A DNA stretch of 64,000 nt from an uncultured Gemmatimonadales bacterium (GTDB lineage Bacteria > Gemmatimonadota > Gemmatimonadetes > Longimicrobiales > RSA9). Where the stretch lies: the NCBI GenBank assembly GCA_963798085.1, contig CAWCRS010000007.1, forward strand, positions 704,001-768,000, read 5' to 3'. The translations under genes were made by a program, and so were the position numbers. The notes under the pieces were generated by a model that was not told the DNA's origin, did no database searches, and saw only the letters and a program-made list of their open reading frames with translations. This document shows, in pieces, positions 10,801 through 20,493 of the stretch; positions within the stretch are counted from its first letter, which is position 1, and each line of letters starts with the position of its first letter.

Positions 10801-11490
10801 CTGGAAGTGCGGCATCTGCTGGCGGTGGCCGACCACCTGGTGCGACGCAGTGTCTGGCTGGTGGGCGGTGATGGCTGGGCGTATGACATTGGCTCCGCCG
10901 GCGTAGACCACGTGCTGGCCAGCGGTCGCGATGTCAACGTGCTGGTGCTGGACACGGAGGTCTACTCGAATACGGGTGGCCAGGCATCGAAGTCCACGCC
11001 CATGGCGGCGGTCGCGAAGTTTGCCAATGGCGGGAAGCTCACGGACAAGAAGGACATCGCGCTGCAGGCCATCGCCTATGGCAACGTGTACGTGGCGCGC
11101 GTGGCAATGGGCGCCAATCCGCAGCATACGCTGCTGGCGCTGCGCGAGGCGGAAGCCTATCCCGGTCCATCGCTGGTGCTGGCCTACAGTCACTGCATCG
11201 CGCACGGCATCAACATGCAGCACGGGCTGGAGCAGCAGAGTCGCGCGGTGCACTGCGGCTACTGGCCGCTGCTGCGTTACAACCCGGAGCTGCGCGCGGT
11301 GGGCGAGAATCCGTTCACGCTGGACTCGGCGCGCGCGGGACTGCGCTTCCGCGAGTACGCGGACAACGAGCTGCGCTACCGCATGCTGGCGCGCACCAAC
11401 CCCACACACGCAGAGTCATTGCTGCGGCAGGCAGAGGAAGCGATCGCGCGCCGCTGGCATCTCTACGAACAGATGGCGGGGCTGCAATGA
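7861..11490 (+). CDS. nifJ: Pyruvate:ferredoxin (flavodoxin) oxidoreductase
   Basis: IYPITPSS, EMQSEAGA, GLGSDGTVGANK, two ferredoxin motifs, FEFSGACAGCGETPY, GGDGWAYDIG, YSNTGGQ. Confidence 0.97.
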   Translation: MSATQVPESARRHEPAPAAPASPRPAAKRATVDGNEACADVAYRVNEVCAIYPITPSSPMAELADQWSSEGRSNLWGAVPQVVEMQSEAGAAGALHGALQAGALTTTFTASQGLLLMIPNMYRIAGELTSCVFHVAARSLATHALSIFGDHQDVMAVRATGFAQLAAASVQEAHDLAAIAQMATLESRLPFVHFFDGFRTSHEIQKITLLSDDDLRVLLSDDQVLAHWRRALNPDSPFIRGTAQNPDVYFQGREAANPHYRRGSAIVESAMERFAALTGRRYHLFDYYGAPEPERVLVLMGSGAETARETVEYLAARGEPVGVVCVHLFRPFSAEHLLAAIPPSTRSLAVLDRTKEPGAPAEPLHLDVTLAFAEAAAAGRNGEERRRPIRIVGGRYGLSSKEFTPAMIKGVLDELRAGAPRNHFTVGIHDDVSGTSLPWDADFTTESDDVYRAVFYGLGSDGTVGANKNTIKILGEDAAIQPQGYFVYDSKKAGSQTVSHVRFARSPIRSAYLIGAAQFVACHQFSFLERRDVLSAAAPGATFLLNTVFGPDEVWEQLPRPVQEQILARRLRCFVIDASGVAQDTGMGERTGTILQTCFFALSGVLPREQALERIKAAIRKTYGRKGEEVVRRNFAAVDATLERLHEVRVPQSASSRRARLPVVPAQAPEFVRRVTAAMLEGVGDALPVSALPVDGTYPSGTARWEKRNLATHVPIWDPAVCIQCGNCALVCPHGVIRARLYPQARLAEAPVDFPSAPIDARGFPDTRYTLQVYAEDCTGCALCVEACPAKNKQAVGRKAINMEPKPDTMDAVREHIAFFEALPLTPRGAVDFSTVRGTQFLEPLFEFSGACAGCGETPYIKLISQLFGDRMLVANATGCSSIYGGNLPTTPWTVNAEGRGPAWSNSLFEDNAEFGLGMRLAADRHMGEAVQRLQAMRAELGDALVEGLCEAPQRTELEIRLQRERLAELRARLAGRESELEVRHLLAVADHLVRRSVWLVGGDGWAYDIGSAGVDHVLASGRDVNVLVLDTEVYSNTGGQASKSTPMAAVAKFANGGKLTDKKDIALQAIAYGNVYVARVAMGANPQHTLLALREAEAYPGPSLVLAYSHCIAHGINMQHGLEQQSRAVHCGYWPLLRYNPELRAVGENPFTLDSARAGLRFREYADNELRYRMLARTNPTHAESLLRQAEEAIARRWHLYEQMAGLQ

Positions 11491-12494
11491 CGGACCTGCG
11501 GACGCAATACCTCGGGCTCACGCTCGAGCATCCGGTGGTGGCATTGGCGTCACCGCTCTCGCACACGCTGGATGGCATTCGCCGCCTGGAGGATGGCGGT
11601 GCCTCGGCCATCGTGCTGTTCTCGCTGTTCGAAGAGCAGATCCGGCGGGAGAACGAAGCGTACGACTACCTGCTGAACGCGGGCGTGGAGAGTTTCGCCG
11701 AATCGCTCAGCTATTTCCCCAGCGCGAACGGCCACGAGGCCGGGCCGGACGCGTATCTCGAGCTGATTCGTCGGGCCAAGGAGAGCGTGGGCGTGCCGGT
11801 GATCGCCAGCCTGAACGGCGTGACGCCCGCGGGCTGGACGTCATGGGCGCACGACATGCAGGAAGCGGGCGCTGACGCCATCGAGCTGAACATCTTCCAC
11901 ATCGCTTCCAGCATGGACGTGAGCAGCCGCAATGTGGAGCAGCAATACGTGGACGTGGTGCGCGCGGTACGCGGGCATGTGCACATCCCGCTGGCGGTGA
12001 AGCTGGGGCCCTACTTCAGCGCATTCGGCGAAATGGCGAAGCGCCTGGTGATGATGGGCGCGGACGGACTGGTTCTGTTCAATCGCTTCTATCAGCCCGA
12101 TTTCGACCTGGAACGCATGGACGTGATCGCGGACGCGCGTCTCAGCTCGCCGCTGGAGATTCGCCTGCCGCTGTTGTGGCTGGCGGTGCTGCACGGTCGC
12201 GTGCGCGCTTCACTGGCGGCCACGACCGGCGTGTGGAGCGAGCGCGAAGTCGTGAAGTACCTGCTGGCGGGGGCGGACGTGGCCATGACCACGTCGTCGC
12301 TGCTGCGCAATGGTCCCGAGCACACACGCACGATGGTGGATGGACTGCGCGCATGGATGGAGGAGCGCGGATACGAGTCGGTGCTGCAGATGAAGGGCGC
12401 GATGAGCCAGCGCAACGTGGCGGATCCCGAAGCCTTCGAGCGGGCGCATTACATCCAGATTCTGCAGAGCTGGAGGAATCCCTGGGTCCCCTGA
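11487..12494 (+). CDS. Dihydroorotate dehydrogenase-like FMN protein (NifJ-associated)
   Basis: YLGLTLEHPVVA, SLFEEQI, VIASLNG, AVKLGPYFS, LFNRFYQPDFD; overlaps the nifJ stop. Confidence 0.9.
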   Translation: MTDLRTQYLGLTLEHPVVALASPLSHTLDGIRRLEDGGASAIVLFSLFEEQIRRENEAYDYLLNAGVESFAESLSYFPSANGHEAGPDAYLELIRRAKESVGVPVIASLNGVTPAGWTSWAHDMQEAGADAIELNIFHIASSMDVSSRNVEQQYVDVVRAVRGHVHIPLAVKLGPYFSAFGEMAKRLVMMGADGLVLFNRFYQPDFDLERMDVIADARLSSPLEIRLPLLWLAVLHGRVRASLAATTGVWSEREVVKYLLAGADVAMTTSSLLRNGPEHTRTMVDGLRAWMEERGYESVLQMKGAMSQRNVADPEAFERAHYIQILQSWRNPWVP

Positions 12495-12506
12495 AGGAGG
12501 GCCGGG

Positions 12507-12893
12507 ATGAAGACGCAACAGACATTCTGTGAAGCGTGCCAGCGGCGGGTGCGGCTGGTCGTGCCGCCGGCGAGTGCGTACAGCGGGCAGGCCGTGGTGG
12601 CGGATCAGGCCGAGGTCGTTTGCCTGGACTTCGGCGACGCGTGCCCCAGCTCCGGTTGTCCGGTCACCGGTCTGCCGCGACTGCTGATGGGCGTCCGTCT
12701 GGCGCAGAGCGGCTGGCGGCCCGAAGCATTGCAGCGCATTCGCGTCCCCTGTCGGAGCTGCGGTCTGGTGACGGAATTCGAGTTGCTGGACGCCGCGCAC
12801 GCGCGCTGCTGTGCATGCGGAGCGCGTCACCGTCTGGTGCACGTGCAGACGGGCAGCGCCGGCTATCTCGCGCTTACGGTGGCGCCCGACTGA
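12507..12893 (+). CDS. Small Cys-rich (zinc-ribbon-like) hypothetical protein
   Basis: AAGGAGG RBS; CxxC pairs CEAC, CRSC, CCAC plus C-x5-C-x4-C. Confidence 0.65.
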   Translation: MKTQQTFCEACQRRVRLVVPPASAYSGQAVVADQAEVVCLDFGDACPSSGCPVTGLPRLLMGVRLAQSGWRPEALQRIRVPCRSCGLVTEFELLDAAHARCCACGARHRLVHVQTGSAGYLALTVAPD

Positions 12894-12965
12894 GTCAGCT
12901 GCGCTGCTGTATGGGGATCCGGGTGTGCATTCGGCGCGCGCAGGTCCCGCAACGTGCAGGCGATT

Positions 12966-13931
12966 TCAGTGCCCAGGCACCGCCGCGGAGTCCGCGGAGC
13001 GCAGGAAATCGCGCACCACCTTCACATTCTCGTCCCGCGCGTCCCACATCGTGATGTGCGCGGCGCCGGGCAATACGGTGACTCGCGCCCCGGGGACGAG
13101 CTGCGAAAAGCCCCGCACCAGCTCGGGCCCCACCTCATCGAATTCGCCAACCGTGAACAGCGTGGGCACGGCGATCTGCGGCAGGAACGACTTCACGTCA
13201 TACTGCTTGAGTGTGCCTGTAATGGTGAACTCGCTGGGTCCCTGCATGTAGTTGTAGATCGATTCATTGGCCGTGGAGAACAGGCTGTCGAGGTCGGCCT
13301 GCACCGGGTGACGGTACAGGTAGAGCGCATAGAACTGATTGATGGCGTTCTGGTAGTCGGGCGCATCGAAGCGATGCGCTGCCTCGGCGCGGCGCACGGC
13401 GCGCTGCGAGGAGTCCGGCAGTGTGGCAAGCAGCTGTGCCGCGCGCGTCTCGTAGGCAGGAATGTCGAATACCGCACTGCCGAAAGTCAGGGAAGCGACG
13501 TGCTCGGGATGGGCGCGATAGTACTCGAGGGCGAGGATCGTGCCCCACGAGTGGCCGAACACGTGCCAGCGCGCCACGCCCAGGTGGGAACGCAGCGAGT
13601 CCAGCTCATTAACGAAGTGTTCGATGGTGAACATCGTCGTGTCAGAAATCCGGTCTGATTTGCCGCCGCCCAGCTGATCGTAGCGAATGACGCTGCGGTC
13701 GTCGCCGAGGTCCTCGAATGCCTTGAGGTAATAGCTGGAGAAGCCGGGTCCGCCGTGCAGCAACACGACGGGAACCCCGGTACCGGTGCCGGTGACGCGG
13801 TACCAGATGCTGCCGCCGGGTACGGCGAGGCGGTTCTCACCGGTGGGCAGCGGCGTGGCCGGCGCGTGCGAAGCGGGCTCGGCGCAGGCGACGGCGAGCA
13901 GGGCCACGGGCAGCAGCGTGCAGGTGCGCAT
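12966..13931 (-). CDS. Proline iminopeptidase family (S33) alpha/beta hydrolase, probable lipoprotein
   Basis: LLHGGPG, YDQLGGGKS, GHSWG nucleophile elbow, YMQGPSEF, GEFDEV; signal ending LAVAC. Confidence 0.9.
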   Translation of the reverse strand: MRTCTLLPVALLAVACAEPASHAPATPLPTGENRLAVPGGSIWYRVTGTGTGVPVVLLHGGPGFSSYYLKAFEDLGDDRSVIRYDQLGGGKSDRISDTTMFTIEHFVNELDSLRSHLGVARWHVFGHSWGTILALEYYRAHPEHVASLTFGSAVFDIPAYETRAAQLLATLPDSSQRAVRRAEAAHRFDAPDYQNAINQFYALYLYRHPVQADLDSLFSTANESIYNYMQGPSEFTITGTLKQYDVKSFLPQIAVPTLFTVGEFDEVGPELVRGFSQLVPGARVTVLPGAAHITMWDARDENVKVVRDFLRSADSAAVPGH

Positions 13932-14004
13932 ATGCGGCTTTCGGAGAGGGAGGCGCACAGTCTACGCGCAGCGGTGTGCGCCGGCAAGCCGCCTCGCCTG
14001 CGCT

Positions 14005-14200
14005 TCAACCAGACTGCAGCGTGCGCGCGGGATCGATGCGCGCGGCGCGCCGTGCGGGCAGGGCACTGGCGAGGCGTGCGAGCAGGCCCAGGCACAGGGC
14101 GACAGCCCCGCAGGTCAGCGGGTCGGTGCTGCCCACGCCGAACAGGAAGTTAGCCACGCTGCGGCGTCCGGCTGCTGCCGCGACCAGGCCCGCCGCGAAG
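14005..14200 (-). pseudogene. Orphan C-terminal remnant of an ADOP-type permease
   Basis: FLFGVGSTDPLT...LPARRAARIDPARTLQSG matches the C-termini of the intact permeases in this window; the rest of the gene is absent. Confidence 0.75.
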
Positions 14201-14292
14201 CGCAGACAGGCGGCGGGCCCGAGCCTGCTGGCTCCGGCGATGGAGGTTTGCTCCATCGGCCTGCGCCGGAGCCAGCAGCAGTTCCATCGCGC

Positions 14293-17200
14293 TCAGCTTG
14301 CCACGTTGATCTGCGGCGCCAGGAGCTTGTACATGACCGGCGTCACCAGCCGTGCCAGCAGTGTGGAGGAGATCAGACCGCCGATGATCACCCACGCGAG
14401 CGGGGCGTAGAGTCCCGCGCCCTGCAGTGCCAGCGGCAGCAGGCCGCCAATAGCGGTCATGCTGGTGAGCACAATGGGCAGGAAACGCACTTCGCCGGCC
14501 TTGCGAATGGCGTGTTCCAGGTCGGCGCCCTGCGCGCGCAACTGGTTGGTCAGATCGACGAGCAGGATCGACGTCTTGATCTCGATGCCGATCAGCGCGA
14601 CGAAGCCGATGGTCGCCGTGAACGACAGCGTGTTACCGGTGAGGAAGAGCGCCAGAATGCCGCCCATGATGCCCAGTGGAATGACGGACGCGACGATGAG
14701 TGTGCCGCGGAATGTGCGGAACTCGAGCACCAGGATGGCAAGGATGGCGAAGGTCGCGACGAGAATGGCGCTGCCCACGCCGCCGAAGCTCTGCTGCCGG
14801 CTCTCGATCTCGCCCGCCGGCATGATGCGATAGCCGGTGGGCAGCTGGACCTGCTGCAGCGAAGCGAGCACCTGACGCGTGAGCCGGTCGGTGTTGTAAC
14901 CGGTGCGCACAAAGCTCGTGACCGTCACGGTACGCTCGCGGTTGTAGCGACCGATTTCCGGCAGTGCGGTTTCGAAGCGGACATCGGCGAGCTGACGCAG
15001 CGGGGTGAGCTGGCCGGCGGGCGATGCGACGTACACACGATCGAGGTCAGCGGGCGTCGGACGCGTGTAACCCGCCAGACGCACCACGACGGGGCGCTCG
15101 TCGCCTGAAGACTCGCGCAGAATGCCGGCGTTGAGTCCGGCCAGGCCCAGGCGCACGGTACGATCGATCTCGAGCGTGGGAATGCCGAGCAGCCCCGCCT
15201 TGTCCCGGTCGATCACCACACGCAGATCGGTGCGCTCCAGGCGCACGGGATTGTCGACATACTGCGTCCCGGGCGTCGCAGCCAACACGGCTTCCACCTG
15301 CGCCGCGAGCGTGCGCAGCGTGTCCAGGTCCGGGCCCTGCACGCGCAGCGCGATGGGCGCATCAATGAGCGGACCGTTTTCGAACTCGCGCAGCTCGAGC
15401 TTCGCTGCCGGATACTGCGCCAGCTCCGTGCGCATGCTGTCGAGCAGCGCGGGCGTCCGTTGCTGGTTGTACTCGTCGAGCACCACGAAGAGCTGCCCGA
15501 CGCGCGAATTCTCACGGCGGGGCACCACGTTGTAATACATCTGCGGATTGTCGCGGCCCACGGAGGTGAACACCGCACGCACTTCGGGCCGGCGCAGCAT
15601 GATGCCTTCGGCGAAACGCGCGGCGTGGTCCGTGGCTTCAATGCTGGCGCCCTCGGGCGCGGTGATGCGCACGTAGAACTGCGGCGTTTCCGCCTTGGGG
15701 AAGAGCGAAAAGCCCACTGCCGGAATCAGTGCGGCGCTGCCCGCCACGAAGATGCCGGCAGCCAGGAGCGCGAGCACCGGACGGCGCAGAGCGCGATCCA
15801 GCAGGGGCGCGTAGGTCGCGTGCACGACGCGATCGAAGGCGCGCAGAAAACGGTTACCCGTCCCCGCCTCGTGCCGCGGCAACACCAGGCTGGCGAGCCA
15901 GGGAATGATGGTGAGCGATACAAAGAGCGATGCAACGACCGTGTAGATGACGGCGATGGGGAGCGAGCGGATGTAGCGTCCGGGCCCGCCCGGCAGGAAG
16001 AGCAGCGGCACGAAGGCGAAGACGAGCGTCGCGGTGGCGCCCACGACGGCGACGGCGATCTGCTTCGTCGCTTCAATGGCGGCTTCCGTGCGGGTTCGCC
16101 CTTCGCGCAGGAAGCGCGTGATGTTCTCGACCACGACAATGGAGTCATCGACCAGCAGGCCCAGCGCGATCACCGCGCCCACGATGGAGAGCTGGTTGAT
16201 GGTGAAGCCGGTCCAGCGCAGCAGGGTGAGGCCAATGGCGAGGGACAGGGGAATGGAGACCATGACGATGCCGGCCGCGCGGATGCCGAGCGGCAGCAGC
16301 GTCAGCATTACCAGCAGAATGGCGATGAGCAGGTCCTCGCCCAGGCGGGACAGACGGTGGGTGACGTTGGTGGCCTGATCGAAGCCGCGCTCGAGGCGGA
16401 CGCCGGCGGGCAGTCCGCTTTCGAACTCGTCGAGCACACGCCACACGCTGTCGCGCACGCGGTTGATGACCTGGCCATCCTGCTGCGTAACGGTCACGAA
16501 CACAGCGCGCTGGCCGTTGTAGCGCGCGCGGTAGGTCGAGTCGGCGTAGCTCCAGCGGACGTCGGCGACGTCGCCTACGCGCAGCAGCTGGCCGCCGGAG
16601 GACCGTAACACCGTGTTACGGATCTGATCGAGCGACTCGTAGCTGCCGCTGGCGTGCACGTTGAAGCGGCGCAGCCCGGCTTCCACGGCGCCGCCGGGAA
16701 TGTCCGCACTCTCGCCGCCGATGGCCTGGAGCACGATGCCGGGCGGCAGGTTGAGCCGGCTGAGCCGGCCCAGGTCGAGCGCCACATCGACCCTCCGCTC
16801 GGGCGCGCCCCAGCGTTTGGCCGCGCGCACACCGGGCAGCGCGCCAATGCGATCCGTGAGCCGCTCGGCCAGCCGGTCCAGCTCGACGTACGGCGTGCCA
16901 GCGCTCACCAGCGCGAGCTGCGCGATGGAGACGTTGAGCGTACTGGCCCGGTCCACATAGAACTGCGCGAGATCGGCGGGCAGCTCGGGGCGCAGCGCAT
17001 TCACCTCGCGCAGTACTTCATCGTAGCGCTCGTCCGGATCCTCGCTGGCCTCGAACTGAATGAACGTGGTGGAGAGACCATCGACGATCTGACTCTGCAT
17101 GTGATCGATCTTGTCCAGCGCGTCCAGCCGCTCCTCCACCTTCTTCACGACCAGACGTTCCATGTCCGCGGCGGAGGCGCCGGGATAGGCGGCCACAATG

Positions 17201-17337
17201 GTGTACGCGGCAAAGTCGAGCGGCGGGTCTTCGCCCCGCGGAATGCTGAACCACGCGCTGACGCCGAGCACGACCAGCATCACGGAAATGATGACCGTGA
17301 ACTGGTAGTTGCGAACGGAAAACTCGAGCGGTTTCAC
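14293..17337 (-). CDS. RND efflux transporter, AcrB/AcrD/AcrF family
   Basis: 1014 aa; YPGASAADME, GLLVDDSIVVVENI, RFLPIVLTSMTAIGGLLPL. Confidence 0.96.
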   Translation of the reverse strand: MKPLEFSVRNYQFTVIISVMLVVLGVSAWFSIPRGEDPPLDFAAYTIVAAYPGASAADMERLVVKKVEERLDALDKIDHMQSQIVDGLSTTFIQFEASEDPDERYDEVLREVNALRPELPADLAQFYVDRASTLNVSIAQLALVSAGTPYVELDRLAERLTDRIGALPGVRAAKRWGAPERRVDVALDLGRLSRLNLPPGIVLQAIGGESADIPGGAVEAGLRRFNVHASGSYESLDQIRNTVLRSSGGQLLRVGDVADVRWSYADSTYRARYNGQRAVFVTVTQQDGQVINRVRDSVWRVLDEFESGLPAGVRLERGFDQATNVTHRLSRLGEDLLIAILLVMLTLLPLGIRAAGIVMVSIPLSLAIGLTLLRWTGFTINQLSIVGAVIALGLLVDDSIVVVENITRFLREGRTRTEAAIEATKQIAVAVVGATATLVFAFVPLLFLPGGPGRYIRSLPIAVIYTVVASLFVSLTIIPWLASLVLPRHEAGTGNRFLRAFDRVVHATYAPLLDRALRRPVLALLAAGIFVAGSAALIPAVGFSLFPKAETPQFYVRITAPEGASIEATDHAARFAEGIMLRRPEVRAVFTSVGRDNPQMYYNVVPRRENSRVGQLFVVLDEYNQQRTPALLDSMRTELAQYPAAKLELREFENGPLIDAPIALRVQGPDLDTLRTLAAQVEAVLAATPGTQYVDNPVRLERTDLRVVIDRDKAGLLGIPTLEIDRTVRLGLAGLNAGILRESSGDERPVVVRLAGYTRPTPADLDRVYVASPAGQLTPLRQLADVRFETALPEIGRYNRERTVTVTSFVRTGYNTDRLTRQVLASLQQVQLPTGYRIMPAGEIESRQQSFGGVGSAILVATFAILAILVLEFRTFRGTLIVASVIPLGIMGGILALFLTGNTLSFTATIGFVALIGIEIKTSILLVDLTNQLRAQGADLEHAIRKAGEVRFLPIVLTSMTAIGGLLPLALQGAGLYAPLAWVIIGGLISSTLLARLVTPVMYKLLAPQINVAS

Positions 17338-18383
17338 CGGACCACCTTGACGGCCATGCCGTCGTCGAGGTAGGCGGCGCCATCCGTGAGTACGCGGGTG
17401 ACGTTCTCGAGACCGCTGGCAATGGCCACACGATCACCATCGAGGAAAGCGACAGTCACGCGCTTGCGCAGCGCGTGGCGGCCGTCGGCGGAAAGTGCGA
17501 ACACGGTTGCCGATGAGCCGTCCGCCTCGAGCACGGCCTCGACCGGCACAATGGCGGCGAGCCGGCGCTCGCGCGGCCGGATCTCGACCTGACCCACGAG
17601 ACCGGCGGTGAGCAACGCCGCACCGGGCAGCGTGACTTCGACGATGTACGTGCCGGTACCGGGCTCGGCCGCACCACCGATTTCCGTCACGGTGCCGCGC
17701 AACACGCGGTCAGGCAGGGCAGCGAAGCGCACAGTCGCGGAATCGCCGCGCTGCACGCGCAGCGCATCACGGTCGGCGAGGCCGGTACGCACGACTGCGC
17801 CACGCGCGCGGCTTCCCAGCACGAGGACCTGGGCGCCGGGCGCCACCAGCTCGCCGGGCTCCGCCTTGCGCCGCAGAATCACACCCTCCGCGGGCGCCAC
17901 GATCTCCGCGTAGCGACGATTGAAGCGCGCCGCCTCGAGGTCGGCGCGCGCCACCTGCGCCACGGTCTCCGCATCCTGCACCTGCACGCGCGTCACGACA
18001 CTGTCGACGAAGAGCCGCTGCGCGCGCGCCAGGTCGCGCTCCGCCTTCTCCGCCGCGCTCGCGGCGCGGGTCACGGCCGCGTCGATCTCGTGCACATCGA
18101 GCTGCGCCAGCGTCTGGCCCGCGCGCACGCTCTGGCCGGCATCCACCTCAATGCGCGCGATCACGCCGCCCACCTTGAAACCCAGCGCCACCTCCTCCTT
18201 GGGACCCAGCGTGCCCGTGGCAACAATGGGCAGCGCCAGTGGTTCGGTGGTCACGGGTACGGCACGCACCGTGGCGGGCTCATCCTTCGGCAGCTGCTGC
18301 GCGTTGCCGCGATGACAGGCGGACAACAGCGGCAGCAGCAGCAGCAGCCCGCGCGAGGCGTGGAACTTCAGACGCAATGACAT
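17334..18383 (-). CDS. RND membrane fusion protein (lipoprotein)
   Basis: LLSAC lipobox; GGVIARIEVDAGQSVRAGQ and IVAPAEGVI biotinyl-lipoyl halves. Confidence 0.93.
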   Translation of the reverse strand: MSLRLKFHASRGLLLLLPLLSACHRGNAQQLPKDEPATVRAVPVTTEPLALPIVATGTLGPKEEVALGFKVGGVIARIEVDAGQSVRAGQTLAQLDVHEIDAAVTRAASAAEKAERDLARAQRLFVDSVVTRVQVQDAETVAQVARADLEAARFNRRYAEIVAPAEGVILRRKAEPGELVAPGAQVLVLGSRARGAVVRTGLADRDALRVQRGDSATVRFAALPDRVLRGTVTEIGGAAEPGTGTYIVEVTLPGAALLTAGLVGQVEIRPRERRLAAIVPVEAVLEADGSSATVFALSADGRHALRKRVTVAFLDGDRVAIASGLENVTRVLTDGAAYLDDGMAVKVVR

Positions 18384-18444
18384 AGGATCCTCTCTTCTCC
18401 AATCGGCAGGGCATCATTCCAGGAAAGCGCGACCCGTGGCACGG

Positions 18445-19821
18445 TCATTCCAGCTCGCGCAAGGCGGCCGCGCGCTCGAAATCGACATAGCGAACGGCAT
18501 AGCGATAAAACGTGAGAGTGCGGTTCAACTGCGCGTTAGTCAGCGACGTGCGGGCGTCCACGAACTCGATCTGGCTGGCTTCGCCTTCAGCGTACTTGCG
18601 GCGCACCAGATCGAAGGTGCGCTGCGCCGCGCTCTCCCTCGCCTGTGCGGCGGCCATGGCGGAGCGGGCGACGACCGCGGCCTCGAACGCGGTGCGCACA
18701 TCCTGCGCAACGGCATCGGCCGCGTCCCGCCGGGCCAGCCGCGCGCGCTCCGCTTCCGCCTTCGCCTCCTGGCGCGCGGCCAGGTTGCGGCCGCCATCGA
18801 ACAGATTCCACGACACCACGACCGAGCCCACAATGAAGTCCTGCTTGCGGCCGAAGCTCAGGTCGCTTCCCTGAAAGCCGTAGTCGACCGCCACGGCCAG
18901 GCTGGGCAGCAGCGCGGCACTCGCCACGCCGACGCCGGCCTGCGCCGCGCGGACGCCGGCACCCGCCTGACGCAGTTCCTCGCGCTGCGCCAGCGCGTGC
19001 GTCACGGCACTGTCGGCACTCGCGGGAAGCTCGAAGCAGAAGGCCGATTCGGGAATGGAATCGACGGGCGTCTCCAGGGTGCGCCCCAACAGTCTGTCAA
19101 GCTGGCGCCCGGCCGCGTCCACGCGCTCCTGCGCCTCGGCCAGCTTCTGCTCGACATCGCTTTCTTCGGCGCGCGCGCGGAACACCACTTCGGGCGTGGC
19201 CTGACTGGCGGCCACCAGACGGCCCGCCACACGCGTGTTCTCGCGCACCAGCAACAGAGAGGACTGGTCAATGCCGACGACGCTGCGGGCCGCGGCCACG
19301 TCGAAGTACGCGGCCTGCACCTGCGCCGCCAGCGTGCGCGCGGCCGCAATGCGCTGGTAGCGCTGCGCGCTGCTGCGCTCGCGCGCCACCGTGTAGCTTT
19401 GGCGGATCACCTCGTTGAACACCGGCTGCGTGAGACGCAGCCGCGACTCGTGACGCATGGGCAGCGTGATGTCGAGATTCGTGGGGAAGCTGTTGCTGCC
19501 CGTCAGCTGATTGAGTGCGGCGTACGCCGGATTCACGAAATCGCCGAGGTTCAGCGTGCCGCTCTGCTCGCTGTAGCGCGCCTCCAGCGTCAGGCCCGGC
19601 AGGAACAGACCGCGGGCCTCGTGCTGCTGGGCCAGGGCGCGCTGCTCCAGCGAGCGCTGTTGTGCGAGGCCGAGGTTGGCGCGCAGCGCTTCCTGCACCA
19701 GTCCTGCGAGCGGATCGCCCTGCTGCGCCCGGGCCGGGGCCGTGCACGCGAGCAGGGCGGCCGTGAGCGCGGCGGTGCGGGTGTTTCTGCATTGTATTAA
19801 CCGTGTCACCTTGTGTAACAT
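18445..19821 (-). CDS. TolC family outer membrane protein
   Basis: Signal peptide, duplicated OEP helical repeats, VSWNLFDGG; in operon with MFP and RND. Confidence 0.92.
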   Translation of the reverse strand: MLHKVTRLIQCRNTRTAALTAALLACTAPARAQQGDPLAGLVQEALRANLGLAQQRSLEQRALAQQHEARGLFLPGLTLEARYSEQSGTLNLGDFVNPAYAALNQLTGSNSFPTNLDITLPMRHESRLRLTQPVFNEVIRQSYTVARERSSAQRYQRIAAARTLAAQVQAAYFDVAAARSVVGIDQSSLLLVRENTRVAGRLVAASQATPEVVFRARAEESDVEQKLAEAQERVDAAGRQLDRLLGRTLETPVDSIPESAFCFELPASADSAVTHALAQREELRQAGAGVRAAQAGVGVASAALLPSLAVAVDYGFQGSDLSFGRKQDFIVGSVVVSWNLFDGGRNLAARQEAKAEAERARLARRDAADAVAQDVRTAFEAAVVARSAMAAAQARESAAQRTFDLVRRKYAEGEASQIEFVDARTSLTNAQLNRTLTFYRYAVRYVDFERAAALRELE

Positions 19822-19845
19822 TGTTAGGTCTCCTCGCCAAAAAAA

Positions 19846-20469
19846 TCAGGTCGGGTCGCGCAGCAAGCCGCGCAGCAGGGTTTCGCAGAGATGGGCGGCC
19901 GTGCGACGGATGTCGCGCCACTCGATCCAGTCGTCTTCGGCCTTGACAATGTGCAGCGATACGAGGCCATGCGAGCTGGCCCAGAGCATCTGCGCGACTT
20001 CGTCGGGGTCCTTGAATTCGGGGCGGAAGCGGCCGCTGGCGATGGCCTCGGCGCACGCATCGCGCAGGAAGTTGTAGGCGCCCTCGCCCGGATTGGGGAC
20101 GGCCGGCGCGCGCGTGAGCAGGGGCCGGTTGGCCATGAACAGCAGCTGGTACTGCATGCGGTGCGTAAGCGCGAACTCGACGTACGCGGCGCCGATGCGT
20201 TCCAGCCGCTGCACGGGATCGGCCACCTTGTCGATGCGCAGCAGGGCGGCGCTGAGCGTGCGGAAATCGGCTGCGCACAGCTCGACGAGCAGGGCTTCCT
20301 TGTTCTGGAAGTGGTGGTAGATGGCGGTGGGTGTGTACTCAATGCGATCCGCAATGGCGCGCATGGTGGTGGCCTCGTAGCCCTTGCGGACGAACATGTC
20401 GCGGGCTGCGTCGAGGATTTTCTGACGGGTATCGGCGCGTTCGCGCTGTCTGCGTTCTCTGGTCCCCAT
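19846..20469 (-). CDS. TetR/AcrR family regulator
   Basis: ILDAARDMFVRKGYEATTMRAIA...AIYHHFQNKEAL; C-terminal LWASSHGL. Confidence 0.95.
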   Translation of the reverse strand: MGTRERRQRERADTRQKILDAARDMFVRKGYEATTMRAIADRIEYTPTAIYHHFQNKEALLVELCAADFRTLSAALLRIDKVADPVQRLERIGAAYVEFALTHRMQYQLLFMANRPLLTRAPAVPNPGEGAYNFLRDACAEAIASGRFRPEFKDPDEVAQMLWASSHGLVSLHIVKAEDDWIEWRDIRRTAAHLCETLLRGLLRDPT

Positions 20470-20493
20470 GGATTCTCCTGAACCTCGGTCGGC

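Noticed and set aside
5957..11409. Long antisense ORFs (5957..7825, 8533..10308 and many similar across the window)
   Set aside because: Shadow ORFs opposite clear genes in high-GC DNA, with no recognisable motifs.
12966..13931. Proline iminopeptidase as an F1-type partner of the tricorn protease
   Set aside because: About 11 kb away with unrelated operons between; no local evidence of linkage.
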